A stretch of 64,000 bases of DNA from Eledone cirrhosa (Eukaryota): assembly GCA_964016885.1 (NCBI GenBank), contig CAXHJY010000049.1, positions 25,349-89,348 on the forward strand. The letters run 5' to 3'. Positions 48,466-61,456 of this stretch are shown here, in pieces. Under the pieces are notes generated by a model. The model searched no databases and had not been told where the DNA came from. It saw nothing but the letters and a program-made list of their open reading frames with translations. The stretch's first letter is position 1, and the number at the start of each line of letters is the position of its first letter. Both the position numbers and the translations under genes were made by a program.

Positions 48466-49071
48466 TTATTATTAGTATTAGGTAGTTTTAAGGGGCTGGG
48501 CAGCTGTAAAGAAAGGCTATTTCCCCAATATAAACTACCGACATATTCTGTTTTGAGGCTACTTAAAGAAATATTCTGTACGGAGTGTAATACCCGTTTC
48601 TTTAAAGAATCAGTCCACCACCACACCTGCTTACATGAAACATATCATGTGAACAAGACATCAACAAAGCTAACGTAGATATAACGGAAGACAATCAACA
48701 AGCACTGATTCAATAGTTCTTAGCTTTTCATGTTGATGTATCCATCAGCCATGTTTACATCTGTAAAAGCCTGCTGTACCTAGAAACACCAACACTAGAA
48801 ACAGTTCGCTTTTTTTTTTGTTGAAACTTATTTAGGGTGTAAAGATTAAATTATTATATATTTTATATATTTTATATATTCATATATTTATATATTTTAT
48901 ATATTTATATAATTCTATATTTTTATATATTTTTTATTTTTATATATTTCTATTGTTAACTGTTTTTGTTATGGCGTATTTTTACAAGATTTTATAGTAC
49001 CCCTCCCCCACTGTCCCTGTCTTTGTATTGTCCCCTATATGTCGGCTCTTGTGACCAATAAATGAAATCAC

Positions 49072-49102
<31 letters not shown>

Positions 49103-49104
<2 letters not shown>

Positions 49105-49440
49105 GGGCAGTGGATTGGCATTATCGGTAGAGGGTTGGACGCCATGCTTTTTAGCATAGTTACGTCCCTTTACGGTCTGAGTTGAAATCCCGCCGAGGTT
49201 AACTTTACCTTTCATCCTTACGAGGTCGATAAAATAAAGTACCAGTAATACACTGGTTAATTGCTGGCCTTGTGCCAAAAGTAGAAAATTATTATTGAGG
49301 TTAGCTTTGCCTTTCATCCTTACGGGGTCGATAAATTAAGTACCAGTAATACACTGGGGTCGATTATATCGACTGTGCCCTTCCCTCAAATTGCTGGCCT
49401 TGTGCCTAAATCAGAAACCATTATTATTATTATTATTATT
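49103..49440 (+). mobile_element. Full SINE plus duplicated 3' body, (ATT)n tail
   Basis: Head GGGCAGTGGATTGGCA; body repeated from 49297. Confidence 0.85.
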
Positions 49441-49971
49441 ATGAATAGGGTGTTGTTTTTAGAAAGAAATACATTATACTGTTTAAAGGGTACCAGCTTT
49501 TTTTTTTTATGAAACTAACACATGTGACAGCTACATTTATTTTTATGTAATACAATAAACATATATACTAATTGAATCTTAACACTCCCTGAAAGATATT
49601 TTGTGATGCAGTCATCACATGTATAAAATGTCTCAGAATGATCTTAATGGGATTCTAAGTTAGGCACAGGACCAAGACATTTGTGGATAAGGTCAAGGCG
49701 ATTATATTTACCCTAGTGTGTTACTGGTACGTAATTTTATCGACTCCAATCAACATGTATCTTGACATTTTCTATAAGATATTTTGTGATGCAGTCATCA
49801 CATATATAGAATATCTCTGAATGATCTTAATGGGTTTCTAAATTAGGCAGCGTTGGGGCTGTGCCCCGCGGACAAGACAGCAAAAGCGTTTCTGCGGACA
49901 CGCCTTCGTCTGAAGACTTTTACCCTACTCCCGCCCTAATATTAGCTGTGTGTGTGTGTTTGAGTGTATAT

Positions 49972-50154
49972 CTGTGTATGAGTAGAGAGGTGGCCCTAGG
50001 GCCAAGGACACCAGAGGCCTCCACTTAAAATGACTGTGTATGAGTAGGGAGGTGGCCCTAGGGCCAAGGAACCAGAGGTCTCCACTTAAAATGACTGTGT
50101 ATGAATAGGGAGGTGGCCCTAGGGCAAAGGAACCAGAGGTCTCCACTTAAAATG
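49972..50154. repeat. 61-62-bp tandem repeat, 3 copies
   Basis: CTGTGTATGA.TAG.GAGGTGGCCCTAGGGC.AAGG..CCAGAGG..TCCACTTAAAATGA at 49972, 50034 and 50095. Confidence 0.9.
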
Positions 50155-51102
50155 AAAAAACTAATCAATTTACAATTCATTTTAGCCAACTATAAAATAC
50201 AACCTACAAATAATTACTAAGCCTTTAATTATTGTTAAGCTTTTCATTAGACTCTAATTTCTTAAGGGATTCTTAATTAATGGTTCTTTAATCTTTCTGC
50301 CTTTATTTATCATCTCACTCTCTCTCTCTCCTATTGTGTTTCAATATATCAATATGAACTCTAGCCGAGGTTTTAACAAGTCTCGTCTTATTAAATTTCT
50401 TCTCGTCTTTCTCTACTTCCTCTTGTGTCACGTGTTTTATAAACCTCTCACTTTCTTTCTCTTCAAGCCCTTCCCAGTTCACTGTTGCTGTTGTTGTATT
50501 ATATTATCATGATACGTACAAATCCTTAGTTTTGTCTTGTTCAATCTGTATATCGTTTATCTGTCTATTGACCCCTCATATATACCCCCCCCCCCCAGCC
50601 ACACAGACCCTAGTTACCTCACTTCTTCTTCTTTGCCTTCTTCTTCTTCTATTACAAGCCTCTTTCCTCTTCCCCTCCCTCCTCAATACCCCCCTCCCCC
50701 GAGTCCTTGTTATTCTGTCATCTCAATCACAATTTCTCTCCTCTCTTTCCTTTCTTCTTCATTCATTCTCATTCAATATCATTCACAATATCATTTCCTC
50801 TCGTCTTTGTAGTCGTTTCCTGTTTTTTTTTTCTTAAAAAAAAAAAACATTGTTTAATTTAAATTTTATTTCATTTTATTTTATTTTATATTATTTTTAG
50901 TTGTATTTATTTCCTACAAAAGTTTTCTTCTTTACTTAATGACTTGTTTTCTTTTTTCTTTCTTTTTTTTTCTTTCTTTCTTTCTTTCTTTCGATATTCT
51001 TCAGAAATGTCACCTAGATATTTTAACCCTTCTTCTTCTTTGCCTTCTTCTTCTTGCTTCTTTGCTTTCTTTTTTCTCTCTTTCTTATCCTCTCTCTTCC
51101 AG

Positions 51103-51377
51103 ATTTACGAGAAACTGCTTTCGTTTACGCCATAACTGCGGCAGGAGTGACATATTCTGTGACTCAGGCCTGCAGTGAAGGAGCACTTCTTCAATGTACA
51201 TGTGACAGAAATAACATTCGTGACAAATCAACAGACGGTAAATGGGCGTGGGGTGGATGTGGAGACGATGTCAACTTTGGTTATCTCAAGTCCAAGGAAT
51301 TTATGGATGCAAGAAAAAAGAAACGGTGTGATATAACCACGAAAATTCGAATGCACAATAACGAGGCCGGAAGATTG
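51103..51377 (+). CDS. Wnt6: Wnt6 exon 3
   Basis: Polypyrimidine tract plus CCAG acceptor. Encodes (D)LRETAFVYAITAAGV...ACSEG...CTCD...WAWGGCGDD...HNNEAGRL (Wnt core motifs). Donor GTAAGT at 51378, phase 0. Confidence 0.97.
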
Positions 51378-51486
51378 GTAAGTCTTTTATAAAGAACTTT
51401 TGTCAGCCATATTCTTCAGAAATGGCGCCTAGATATTTTAACCATTATTCTTGGCTTGTTGTTGTTGTTGTTCTTCTTCTTTTTTG

Positions 51487-51648
51487 ACCCCAGTGTGTTA
51501 CTGGTACTGTATTTCATCGACCCAGTAAGGATGAAAGTCAAGGCCTGCCGAGGTTTGCTTTGCCTTAAAATCCTTACGAAGCTGATAAAATAAAGTACCA
51601 GTAATGCACTGGGATAATTGCTGGCCTTGTGCCAAAAGTAGAAACAAT
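51487..51648. mobile_element. Palindromic SINE chimera in Wnt6 intron 3
   Basis: Minus-strand body joined to plus-strand body via AAGGCCTG.CG.GGTT..GCCTTAAAATCCTTACGA. Confidence 0.75.
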
Positions 51649-51708
51649 TAATAGTAATGATTTATAATGGCATTTTTTAAAAAATTCAATCTATTTTTTA
51701 TATTTTAG

Positions 51709-52170
51709 GCTGTGAAGAACCACATGAGGAGGGTCTGCAAATGCCATGGATTGTCTGGGTCTTGTACCTTACAAACATGTTGGCAAAAGATGCCATTATT
51801 TCGACATGTTGGAAATAGATTAAAAGAAAAGTTTAAAGGAGCCTCGAAGGTGATAATATCAAACGATGGACAACACGTAATTCCAGAGGGAGATACTATT
51901 AAGAAACCAAGTGCTACAGATTTAATTTATTCTGAGAATTCACCTGATTTTTGTAGACCAAGTCGAAAGGCAGGTTCTTTGGGGACAAAAGGACGGACAT
52001 GTGACTTGTATTCAAAAGACGTTGGTGGGTGTGATCTTCTATGTTGTAACCGGGGTTACAAACGAGGTTACCATGTAGTAACAGAAAACTGTAAATGTAG
52101 ATTTATTTGGTGTTGCGATGTTGTGTGCCAAAGATGTGTTAATAACAAGACTATGTACACGTGCTTATGA
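51709..52170 (+). CDS. Wnt6: Wnt6 exon 4 (terminal coding exon)
   Basis: TTTTAG acceptor. Encodes AVKNHMRRVCKCHGLSGSCTLQTCW (Wnt signature with the lipidated Ser), SPDFC, CDLLCCNRGY, CKCRFIWCCDVVCQRC; TGA ends at 52170. Confidence 0.97.
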   Translation, partial: AVKNHMRRVCKCHGLSGSCTLQTCWQKMPLFRHVGNRLKEKFKGASKVIISNDGQHVIPEGDTIKKPSATDLIYSENSPDFCRPSRKAGSLGTKGRTCDLYSKDVGGCDLLCCNRGYKRGYHVVTENCKCRFIWCCDVVCQRCVNNKTMYTCL

Positions 52171-52553
52171 CATGACATCGTTACTTACAGTATATCATCA
52201 GTGAAGAAGAAAGAAAACGATTCTATTATCTCTACAATGAAACTGGAACGTCACCTGACTCATTGATGCGCTAATTAAGAAGACACATTCAAACATTTAA
52301 CACATAACATCGAATAACTTGAACAATAGAGATATTTTTCTACTATTTCTTTTAGAAAATACCTCTCAATATAACCGTAATAATTTGAATTCGATATCGA
52401 TTTTGGAAGGGAAATCCATAGAAAGCTAAAATTGAAGTTGTTACAGTTATTTTTATCACTTATTTAAAATAAGTAATTGAACATATCAAAATGAATACAT
52501 ATTAATTTCATCGCTTGTATAAAGAAAAAAACCCCGATTGATATACTATACTA

Positions 52554-52598
<45 letters not shown>

Positions 52599-52726
52599 GT
52601 TTAGATGTGAACAGACAGAAGACTGGCTGTGATGGTGGTTTCTTTCGAAATCACAAAGATAGTGCAAAAGTGTCTACGAAACTTATTGTTACGTATAATA
52701 TATTCTAAAACATATATATATATATA

Positions 52727-52822
52727 CAGCGTATCCCAAAAATGTCTACACACTTCAACAGCATTCTAATATATATTGCTTGTACATGTAATCAACGTAC
52801 GTATACATATTTTGGGACACTG
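52727..52822. mobile_element. Tc1/mariner-type MITE downstream of the Wnt6 stop
   Basis: CAGCGTATCCCAAAA...TTTTGGGACACTG; internal similarity to the 43911 copy. Confidence 0.7.
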
Positions 52823-52949
52823 TATAATATATACATATATATATTTATATATATTGTGTTTATATATATATATATATATATAAACACAGTATATATATGC
52901 ATATATATATACAGTATATATATGCATATATATATACAGTATATATACA

Positions 52950-52995
<46 letters not shown>

Positions 52996-53245
52996 GGTCT
53001 GACCATAAAGACACCCGAAGATATAACTGTGAATATTGAAGAGGTATATAATATAAATATAATATACACACATATAAAATGAATATACACCAACACAAGA
53101 GAAATGAAACTATTATATATACAATCACGCAACATTTTGTTGTCATAGACTTTAAAAGAAATTATTGTACATTTAAATTAAGTTTTCTTTATAAACGTTA
53201 TTTTGAACATTCTCAATATATATATGCAGATGTATTGAACACTTA

Positions 53246-53286
<41 letters not shown>

Positions 53287-53319
53287 ATAAAAATATACAA
53301 TATATATGTATAGATAAAT

Positions 53320-53376
<57 letters not shown>

Positions 53377-53750
53377 ATATATTTATATTTATATATATAT
53401 ATATTTGTGTGTATGTATGTATATGCATATAAATAAAAAATATACAATATATATATACACATACGTACAAATACAATAAATATGTATATATATGAGTATA
53501 TATAAAGATACAATATATATATGTCAATATATATATATATATGTAAATATATATATATATATATATATGTAAATATATATATATATATATATGTAAATAT
53601 ATATATATATATATATGTGTAAATATATATATATATATATATATGTAAATATATATATATATATATATATGTAAATATATATATATATATATATATGTAA
53701 ATATATATATATATATATATGTAAATATATATATATATATATATATGTAA

Positions 53751-53786
<36 letters not shown>

Positions 53787-54102
53787 TAGGTACCACGAAC
53801 TTTCATCGCACACCCTGTCATAGTATGATTTTGTAAATATCCTGTTTAGTGAAATAAATGTTTATAATATTTGCTTGATGGCTCACAGACAACAGAAGAG
53901 GCCAGAATGCAGAGGAAAATATACACAATAATATTGTACTAATTAATATCTTGTCTTTAATGAGCAAAGAAACGAATAATCTATCTATGGCTTTTATAGT
54001 GCTTAATGAGAAAGCTTTAATATGTCGTTGCCAGCAGCAACCCTGTACTTTCGACAATCATAATAGAATTAATGACAGGACTCTCTTCAAATTGTTCCAT
54101 TA

Positions 54103-54405
54103 CGATGGTAGGCTGAAACGTTCATAGGCTGATTATGAAGAGTTGATGCTAGAGCTGTGAAATCTTGCATGTATTAATTTCAACTCATTAATAACTGCAT
54201 TATTTCCTTTCAGGGACTATGTTGAAAAATAAACCTCATTTGGTCATTCGTTGAGAGTATCTTGGTCAGACTATGAAGGAGAGATAAACCTTATTTGGTC
54301 ATTCCATGAGAGTATCTTGGTCAGACTATGAAGGAGAGATAAACCTTATTTGGTCATTCCATGAGAGTAGCTTGGTCAGACTATGAACCTTTAAACCGAC
54401 CCTCG
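54103..54405. mobile_element. Mariner-type non-autonomous element with internal tandem repeat
   Basis: TA|CGATGGTAGGCTGAAACGTTCATAG ... CTATGAACCTTTAAACCGACCCTCG|TA; ~56-bp unit present ~3 times. Confidence 0.75.
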
Positions 54406-54470
54406 TATTTGACAAAGATAAATATGAAACCTCAATCTTTTTTCTTTTGCTACATCGTATTCTAGAAAAG

Positions 54471-54737
54471 TGGAGGCGCGAGGCCTGGCGGTGAGGATGT
54501 TGGTATTACGATCATAATGCCGTGGGTTCGATTCTTGGGTTAGATTGCGTGTTGTGTTTTTGAGTTAAACACTTCACGTTGCTCCAGTATACTTAACTGA
54601 AAATGAGTACCAGTAGCAATAGCTGGGCATTTAACTCTGTGATAGATTGGCGTCCTGTCCAGGGGCAGTCTTGTACTCTCAGTCGCTTCACGTCACGAAA
54701 CCGGGATAAGGACTGGCCTGGTCAGCCTCCGAACTCG
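54471..54737 (+). mobile_element. tRNA-head SINE, diverged near-full-length copy of the second family
   Basis: B-box GGTTCGATTC, CORE-like GTGTTGTG..TTGAG..AACACTT, then GAT.GA.TGGCGTCCTGTCCAGGGG...GAAACCGGGATAAG. Confidence 0.65.
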
Positions 54738-54774
54738 AAACAACTTTAGACTTTTAGATACTAACAAAGAAATA

Positions 54775-55190
54775 ATTGTTTCTACGTTTGGCACAAGGCC
54801 AGCAATTACCCAGTGTATTACTGGTACTTTATTTTATCGGCCCCGTAAGGATGAAAGGCAAAGTTAACCTCGGCGGGATTTGAACTCAGAATGGCAACGG
54901 CCGTAACTCTACCGATACTGCCAAAGTTACGCCAGCAAATTTAAGCGGAAGGGAAAGTCGATTAAATCGACCTCAGTACATTACCCATACTTTATTTTAT
55001 CGACTCCATAAGGATGAAAGGCAAAGCTAACCTCTATATATAATAGTTATGAAATCCTGTTTGCAAACAAACTAGCAGACACTCAAAGGTATGTCTTCCT
55101 TCTACTTTGCCTTTCATCCTTACGGGGTCGATAAAATAAAGTACCAGTAATGAACTGGGTATGGCTGGCCTTGTGCCTAAAGTAGAAACA
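54775..55190. mobile_element. SINE cluster (two minus copies, one plus fragment)
   Basis: Family body at 54775-54925 (-), 54930-55033 (-) and 55102-55190 (+). Confidence 0.8.
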
Positions 55191-56335
55191 AATATTAAAC
55201 ATTGACAATCTTTCAACTTGTAAAACCTTCTGTAGCCATACATAGCAGCTATACTTTTAAAACATTTATAATTAGAATACTCATTGTAAATATTCGAAAG
55301 CCATATAATAATCATATTAAATCATATTGCTGCTTTTATATTCTAATAAATTTGTTGATAATATACTGTGGTGTTACACTTTTATTGCCTTATCAATACA
55401 TACACTTCTTCTGTGTTCTCACTGTCTGATATATAACATATTTTTTCTGTTCTATTTTTTCCCCTCATGTCTAAACAACCAATATTCCTCACACACAAAC
55501 GAATATTTTCCTATAACACTACAGCAATATTTTAACACTCAAATTTGTATTACTAATACTGATTTACTCTTTTACCTGTTTAACCATCCGGTTGAGGCCA
55601 TGCTGGAGCACTGCCTTTTTTTAGCTACACGTTCTATATCCAGCCTTCGTTTGCTGGCCATTGATATAGGAGGGAGTTCGTTGCTGCTGCCCTTAGGTTA
55701 CCTTCGTTCCGTGCTCATCTGGGGTCCTGGATAGCAGAGTGTGAAGATATTTCTCGAAAACATCCACGGCCACACTTTGCAGATCTCTCAAATTTCTTGG
55801 CTGCTTAGTAAAGAGTTAACTCGGGTAAAATAAACTAAAAAAAAAGTTATCATACTACAGTCGACTTCATATTCTCTTGACCCCATTTTTAAATATTGCT
55901 CCTTTTATCTTCTCTATTTTCTACGCTTTATAGTTTCCTAATGTGAAAGTGATGCTGTAAAATGTATGGAGGATAAGCAGAGCTGTTAGAACGTCAGATA
56001 GAATACTTTGCTGAATTCGTGTCGAATCTCTGCTCTCTGAGTTCAAAGCCGGCCGAGGCCAACTTTGTCTTTCATTCTGCAGAGAGAGAGAGAGAGAGAG
56101 ATAGAGAGAGTTCCTCAACAAAATTAGCAAACCCATAGTTGAGAACAGCTATTGTGGAACTAACTCTATACGAAAGTCGTCCTTCGGAGTGAGTGTTCTA
56201 CCAACATCGGATATAACCTCCCGGTTTATATATATCTCTAGCGATCGACTTTCGTCAAATCGGACCGAGGAAACAATGTTTCCGTTGGTCTTTCTAATTG
56301 CTAGTACTATCTATCGGTCGCAACTCCAGGTAGAA

Positions 56336-56456
56336 GGAGCAACGTGAAATAAAGTGCCTTGCTCAAGGACATAACGCATCGCCTGGTCCAGGAATCGAAC
56401 TCACAACCTCATGATTGCGAATCCAATTCCTTAACCACTCAGCCACACGCCTTCAC
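56336..56456 (-). mobile_element. tRNA-head CORE-like SINE, 5' part
   Basis: Reverse complement: GTGAAGGCGTGTGGCTGAGTGGTTAAGG (A box)...GAGTTCGATTCC (B box)...TGTCCTTGAGCAAGGCACTT. Confidence 0.75.
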
Positions 56457-56688
56457 TATATATATATATATAACAACCCAACCAGGAGCTGGGCATATCA
56501 GAGTATTGGGGAAGTTAAACACCTCAACAACACGTGGACTCGTCTCTACCACACTAATTCGGACTGCCTGAAGTGGTCACAGCCAAAGATGACTGTCACC
56601 GAAATATATATAGCAGTAATAAACGAAGCCAAATTTTAAATATTTGACTTATTTATTTTATTTTATTTTATATATGTATATATATATG

Positions 56689-56730
<42 letters not shown>

Positions 56731-56784
56731 AGAACCGATTAAAGTTTAAGCAAGGGGAAAGTCGATTATCAGAATAAAGTTTAA

Positions 56785-57151
56785 GGGAGGGGAAAGTCGA
56801 TTAAATCATCCCAGTACATTACTGGTGCCTTATTTTATCGACCCCCGTAAGGATGAAAGGTAAAGTTAACCTCGGCTAGATTTCAACTCAGAACGTAAAG
56901 GGCTCTATCTAGCCCCATATAATAATGTTTCTACTTTAGGCGCAAGGCCACCAATTTTTTTTTTTTTGGGGGGGGGGGGGGGGGAGGAAAGTTTATTAAA
57001 TCGTCACAATGCATTACTGGTACTTTATATTGTCGACCCCCGTAAGGATGAAAGGAATAGTTAACCTTTTGAAGTCAGAGCATAAAGGACCTTAATTCTC
57101 TACCACAAAGCATGGTGTCCGACGCTCTACCGATACTACAAACCCACCGCC

Positions 57152-57152
<1 letters not shown>
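56785..57152 (-). mobile_element. Two SINE copies
   Basis: Family body twice; head CCACCGCC at 57144-51. Confidence 0.8.
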
Positions 57153-57183
<31 letters not shown>

Positions 57184-57395
57184 TCACCCCCACCATGCTT
57201 GCTCTACTAGGTAATGTTTGTTTTATTCATTGTTTGGGGCTAACTATGTTTTCTGTATCTGATGTCGCTAAGTATCATTTTTGCTTATATGTTGTTTTTC
57301 TCTTCCTGTCTACCATGTAAAGTATCGTTTTATAACTGATGTCGCTAAAACTGTTTTATATATATTCTATTTTGAAGTTATCGCTGTGTCTAGTG

Positions 57396-57427
<32 letters not shown>

Positions 57428-57431
<4 letters not shown>

Positions 57432-57877
57432 CGAAGGAAATGTGGTAAGTAACCAGGTGGTCCATAATGCACCAGAGTACTCGATACTTTGGGTAGTAGA
57501 GTGGGTAATAGGAAAAGAGTCAGGACCCCGACAGCTAGATCTGAACTCAGATCTACCTGTAGAAACGGCCGGAGCTCAACCGTTGGGGGCATGACTCTTT
57601 TCCTATATATATATATATGTGTATTCTCTTCTCTTTTACAATTTCTCTCCCTTATATATATATAACAAAGGAAATGTGGTAAGGAACCAGATGGACCATA
57701 ACGCACCAGATTACTCAATACTTAGGGCAGTAGAGTGGGAAATAGGAAAAAGTATGACCCCGACGGCAGAGCTCAAGCTGTTTCGACGGCTATTTCTGGA
57801 CTCATTTCTGGACTATTTCTGAGTCCAGAAATAGCCGTCGAAACGGCTTGAACTCTGCCGTCGGGGTCATACTTTTT

Positions 57878-57922
<45 letters not shown>

Positions 57923-57950
57923 TCTTCTCTTTTACAATTTCTCTCCCTTA
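57428..57950 (-). mobile_element. Tandem pair of fold-back half-hammerhead elements
   Basis: Units 57428-57655 and 57664-57950, each followed by TATTCTCTTCTCTTTTACAATTTCTCTCCCTT; hairpin at 57742-57882. Confidence 0.65.
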
Positions 57951-58029
57951 TATATATATGTATATATATTCTCCCTTATTTGTTATTTAACGCACTTATG
58001 AGGCTCTTTCTTCTGTATTTGAGTAATGG

Positions 58030-58246
58030 TCTAAAGGCATAATGTATCTCTGGAATGAAGAGTATCAACCTTAATGAACCAAAACTGTAGTGATTTCCAG
58101 GGGCTGACTGAGGAAAGAGGACTGTCCATATGTAAGTGGTATGTAGACCACCACGGCTTGTCTGGGAGGTCAGTAGCCCCACTTAAGTACAGACTTGGTC
58201 CAACCCTCCTTGCTAGCAAGGAAAGCGGACGTTAAATGATGATGAC
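58030..58246 (+). mobile_element. Probable RTE-type LINE 3' end with (GAT)n tail
   Basis: Ends GGAAAGCGGACGTTAAATGATGATGA, a retroposon-type terminus recalled from octopus repeats (not verified by search). Confidence 0.5.
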
Positions 58247-58503
58247 TATATATATATATATATAGTAGTAATAATAAATTTTAATAAATATATTTATATA
58301 TATATATATATACAGGATAACAGGTTATCTTTATAGGCAGTCCACTTAGATGTAGTCCAGTTACATATATATATATTGGAAAGTGTGTGAGATCCTTGGT
58401 ACAGTTAGGTATATTTGAAAAAAAAGGAAAAGAATGACTTCACTTGTAGTGTTAAAAAAAATTATGATTTAATGTTATAATATAATATAATATAAGTTGG
58501 TAG

Positions 58504-58555
<52 letters not shown>

Positions 58556-58939
58556 GTATTGAAAGCAGTGTTTCAACATATCTTTAGCTTGTAATCGGTA
58601 AAGAACATTAAAAACAGTTGCTTTCATGTATGTAGATATACGTATGTATGTATGTATGTATATATACGTATGTATATATGTATATGTATTTATGTATGTG
58701 TATATCTGTACACGTATATATATATATATATATATGTATCTGAATGTATGTATATACACGAATGTGTGTAGACGTACGTATGTATATATACGTATGTATA
58801 TAAACGTACGTACATCTGTAATATGTCTGGCGGTATGTATGTGTGTGTTTTTGATGTATTTGTATGTAGCGTAGAAAAAAACCGCCAAAGTGAAAAATGA
58901 TGACAGAGTTACTTACCTTAGATCTTAGATCGCGCCTCT

Positions 58940-59235
58940 ACATTGTATACATAATTTCACCAAAGTAGCCTCTATACTGTATACAGCCTATGATGTCACC
59001 AAATAGCCTGTATATTGTATACATTCTCTGATGTCATCAAAGTCTCCTGTATATTGTATACATCCTATGATGTCATCAAAGTCTCCTGTATATTGTATAC
59101 ATCCTATGATGTCATCAAAGTCTCCTGTATATTGTATACATCCTTTGATGTCACCAAAGTCTCCTGTATATTGTATACATCCTTTGATGTCACCAAAGTC
59201 TCCTGTATATTGTATACATCCTATGATGTCACCAA
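58940..59235. repeat. 39-bp minisatellite, ~7 copies
   Basis: GTATATTGTATACATCCT.TGATGTCA.CAAAGTCTCCT; 13-aa periodicity in the ORF track. Confidence 0.92.
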
Positions 59236-59559
59236 CGTCAGGAGAACCGAAGGACCACCTGCGGCCAAATTAAAGTAGAAATTGTATTTTAGTTATTAAA
59301 CTGTAAATCACAATTAAAAAAGTTAAATTATGTTTGATAAAAGTAATAATATTGATTAAAAATGACAATTGATTGCATGAGTTTTTGTAGCTATTAACTA
59401 CTGTGTCTTACATAAACATTTGTATATAAGGACTCCCTCTACACACATGTATATATATATATATATATATATATAAAGTGGTGTGCTCAGGCGCGGAGAT
59501 GCTATAAGATAACTTTGAAAGCCTTTAAAGATAGAAAAAGAAGTTGCCACTGCCCACCA

Positions 59560-59649
<90 letters not shown>

Positions 59650-59797
59650 ATATATCAGGATGGATTCAGTTTGAAACTGGTTAGACCATTACTCGCCAGA
59701 GTACTCGATACTTGGTGTAGTAGAGTATGGTTATATTATATAAAAGTTAAGACCCCGACGGGTGAGCTCTCGCCGTTTCATCAGCTAGTTCCAGACC

Positions 59798-59833
<36 letters not shown>

Positions 59834-61416
59834 ATAGCTATGTTATATTAGTTACTAAGACAGACTCTAACAGCGATGTTGCAGATGTATTTTATTTAGT
59901 CGTAGATGTAACAAGTTCCAAGGTAAATAACTCTTAAGTGTCCCTACATTCGTTCAATCTTGTATTACAAATTTAAGGGAAAATACACGAAAAAGTCATA
60001 AATAAATAATTTTATTTATTTATTTAATTGTTTTATTTTTTAAATATAACTTAAGTGAAATTTTTATTTGGTTAAATATACAGAAAAAAAAGCAGCAGTA
60101 TTATCATTTTAATTTTCGAGACAGCCGTGGCTAATGTGAAAGAGATAGTGTATCGAGCGACAACATAGAAGCTTCCCCTGAGGTTTTTATTTTAGCCCAA
60201 GGTCAGGAAGACCCATGATCAAATGTATTCCAGTCGTGGCCCTCTCGTCTGTTTCTCTGTCACAGCACCTAGAACAACATTATCCTATATATGTCATTTT
60301 CATTTTCAAGACAGTCGTGTATAATGAGGAGATTTGAACGCAGAACGTAAATGACCGTAGCTATGTTGTTTGACGTTCTACCGACCTGGCCAAATCCATC
60401 GCTTTCTTAAATGAAGTAATATTTATATCACATTTAATTCCCTTTCTTCACTCACGTTCATTTTATTTGTATGTATAATATTATAGACCCGTAAATTCCT
60501 GGTGGAGTCCTAGGGGTGCGGCAGCGACATACAGCGTGTCTGAGGAATATTTTCAAGAGCCCCTCACTCATCAAACACTGACGGGGCCTCTACCATTAAG
60601 GTTGCCATGGTTAAGCACACTTTCTTTTTTAAAATCATAGCAACTGTGGCGACACACTCTGCACACCCTCAATATGAAATATTTTCTTTCATCAGTTGTC
60701 TCCCTTAGATCGATAAATGAATTTCTTTAATTTGGTAGAATGAAAAATTGTATTTTTAGACAAGTTTATTTGAGAGAACAAAAAGAATTTGAAAAAATAA
60801 AAAACAAAAAAAACCTAGAAAATTAATTTTATTGAAAATTCAAAAAAAAAAAAAAAAAAATTATTGAATCTATCAGAAATCATCCTGAATGTTATTGATT
60901 GAAAATAAACACGTCTTATATTGGCGGAGGGGATAGTCTTTGGACAAATTTCTCCAAGAAATTCCGGATAAACCTCCTACAGCCGGATAACTCTCTACTT
61001 GAGTGGGCCCTGATGTCTAAAGCCTGATTTGAAAGACTTCACCAGGTGTTGCTATTAAGATACACATGGTCTCGGCCAATATAATTACCGAAACCTATCA
61101 CATTTATCAATGCCTTGCGATATTCGTTCTGGCTATCTGCTCTTTGAGTTCAAATCCCACCGAGGTCAACTTTGTATTTTACCTTTTTGAAGACGATAAA
61201 ACAATTTCCAGTTCAGTGCTGGGGTCGATTATTTCTCTATATCTCTTTCATTTAATCTTTATCACTTTCATCCTCCTTCTCTTTAAAAAATCAACTGTGT
61301 TGAGCGCTGGGGATGGGTAGGAAAAAGGACCCTACAGCTCTTGTTGAGGTCAATCTTGCCCTGTATCACTTTGGAGACAGATACAGACACCAACCAAGTT
61401 TCCATAATCTAAACTC

Positions 61417-61456
<40 letters not shown>

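Noticed and set aside
55620-55790. Possible RTE RT C-terminal relic (FAGH, LIW)
   Set aside because: Frameshifted, short and too degenerate to support without a search.
56380-56456. Possible tRNA gene
   Set aside because: A/B boxes are present but run straight into a SINE body with no proper acceptor stem; it is a SINE head.
59015-59278. 13-aa repeat ORFs
   Set aside because: 39-bp minisatellite open in two frames; no coding evidence.
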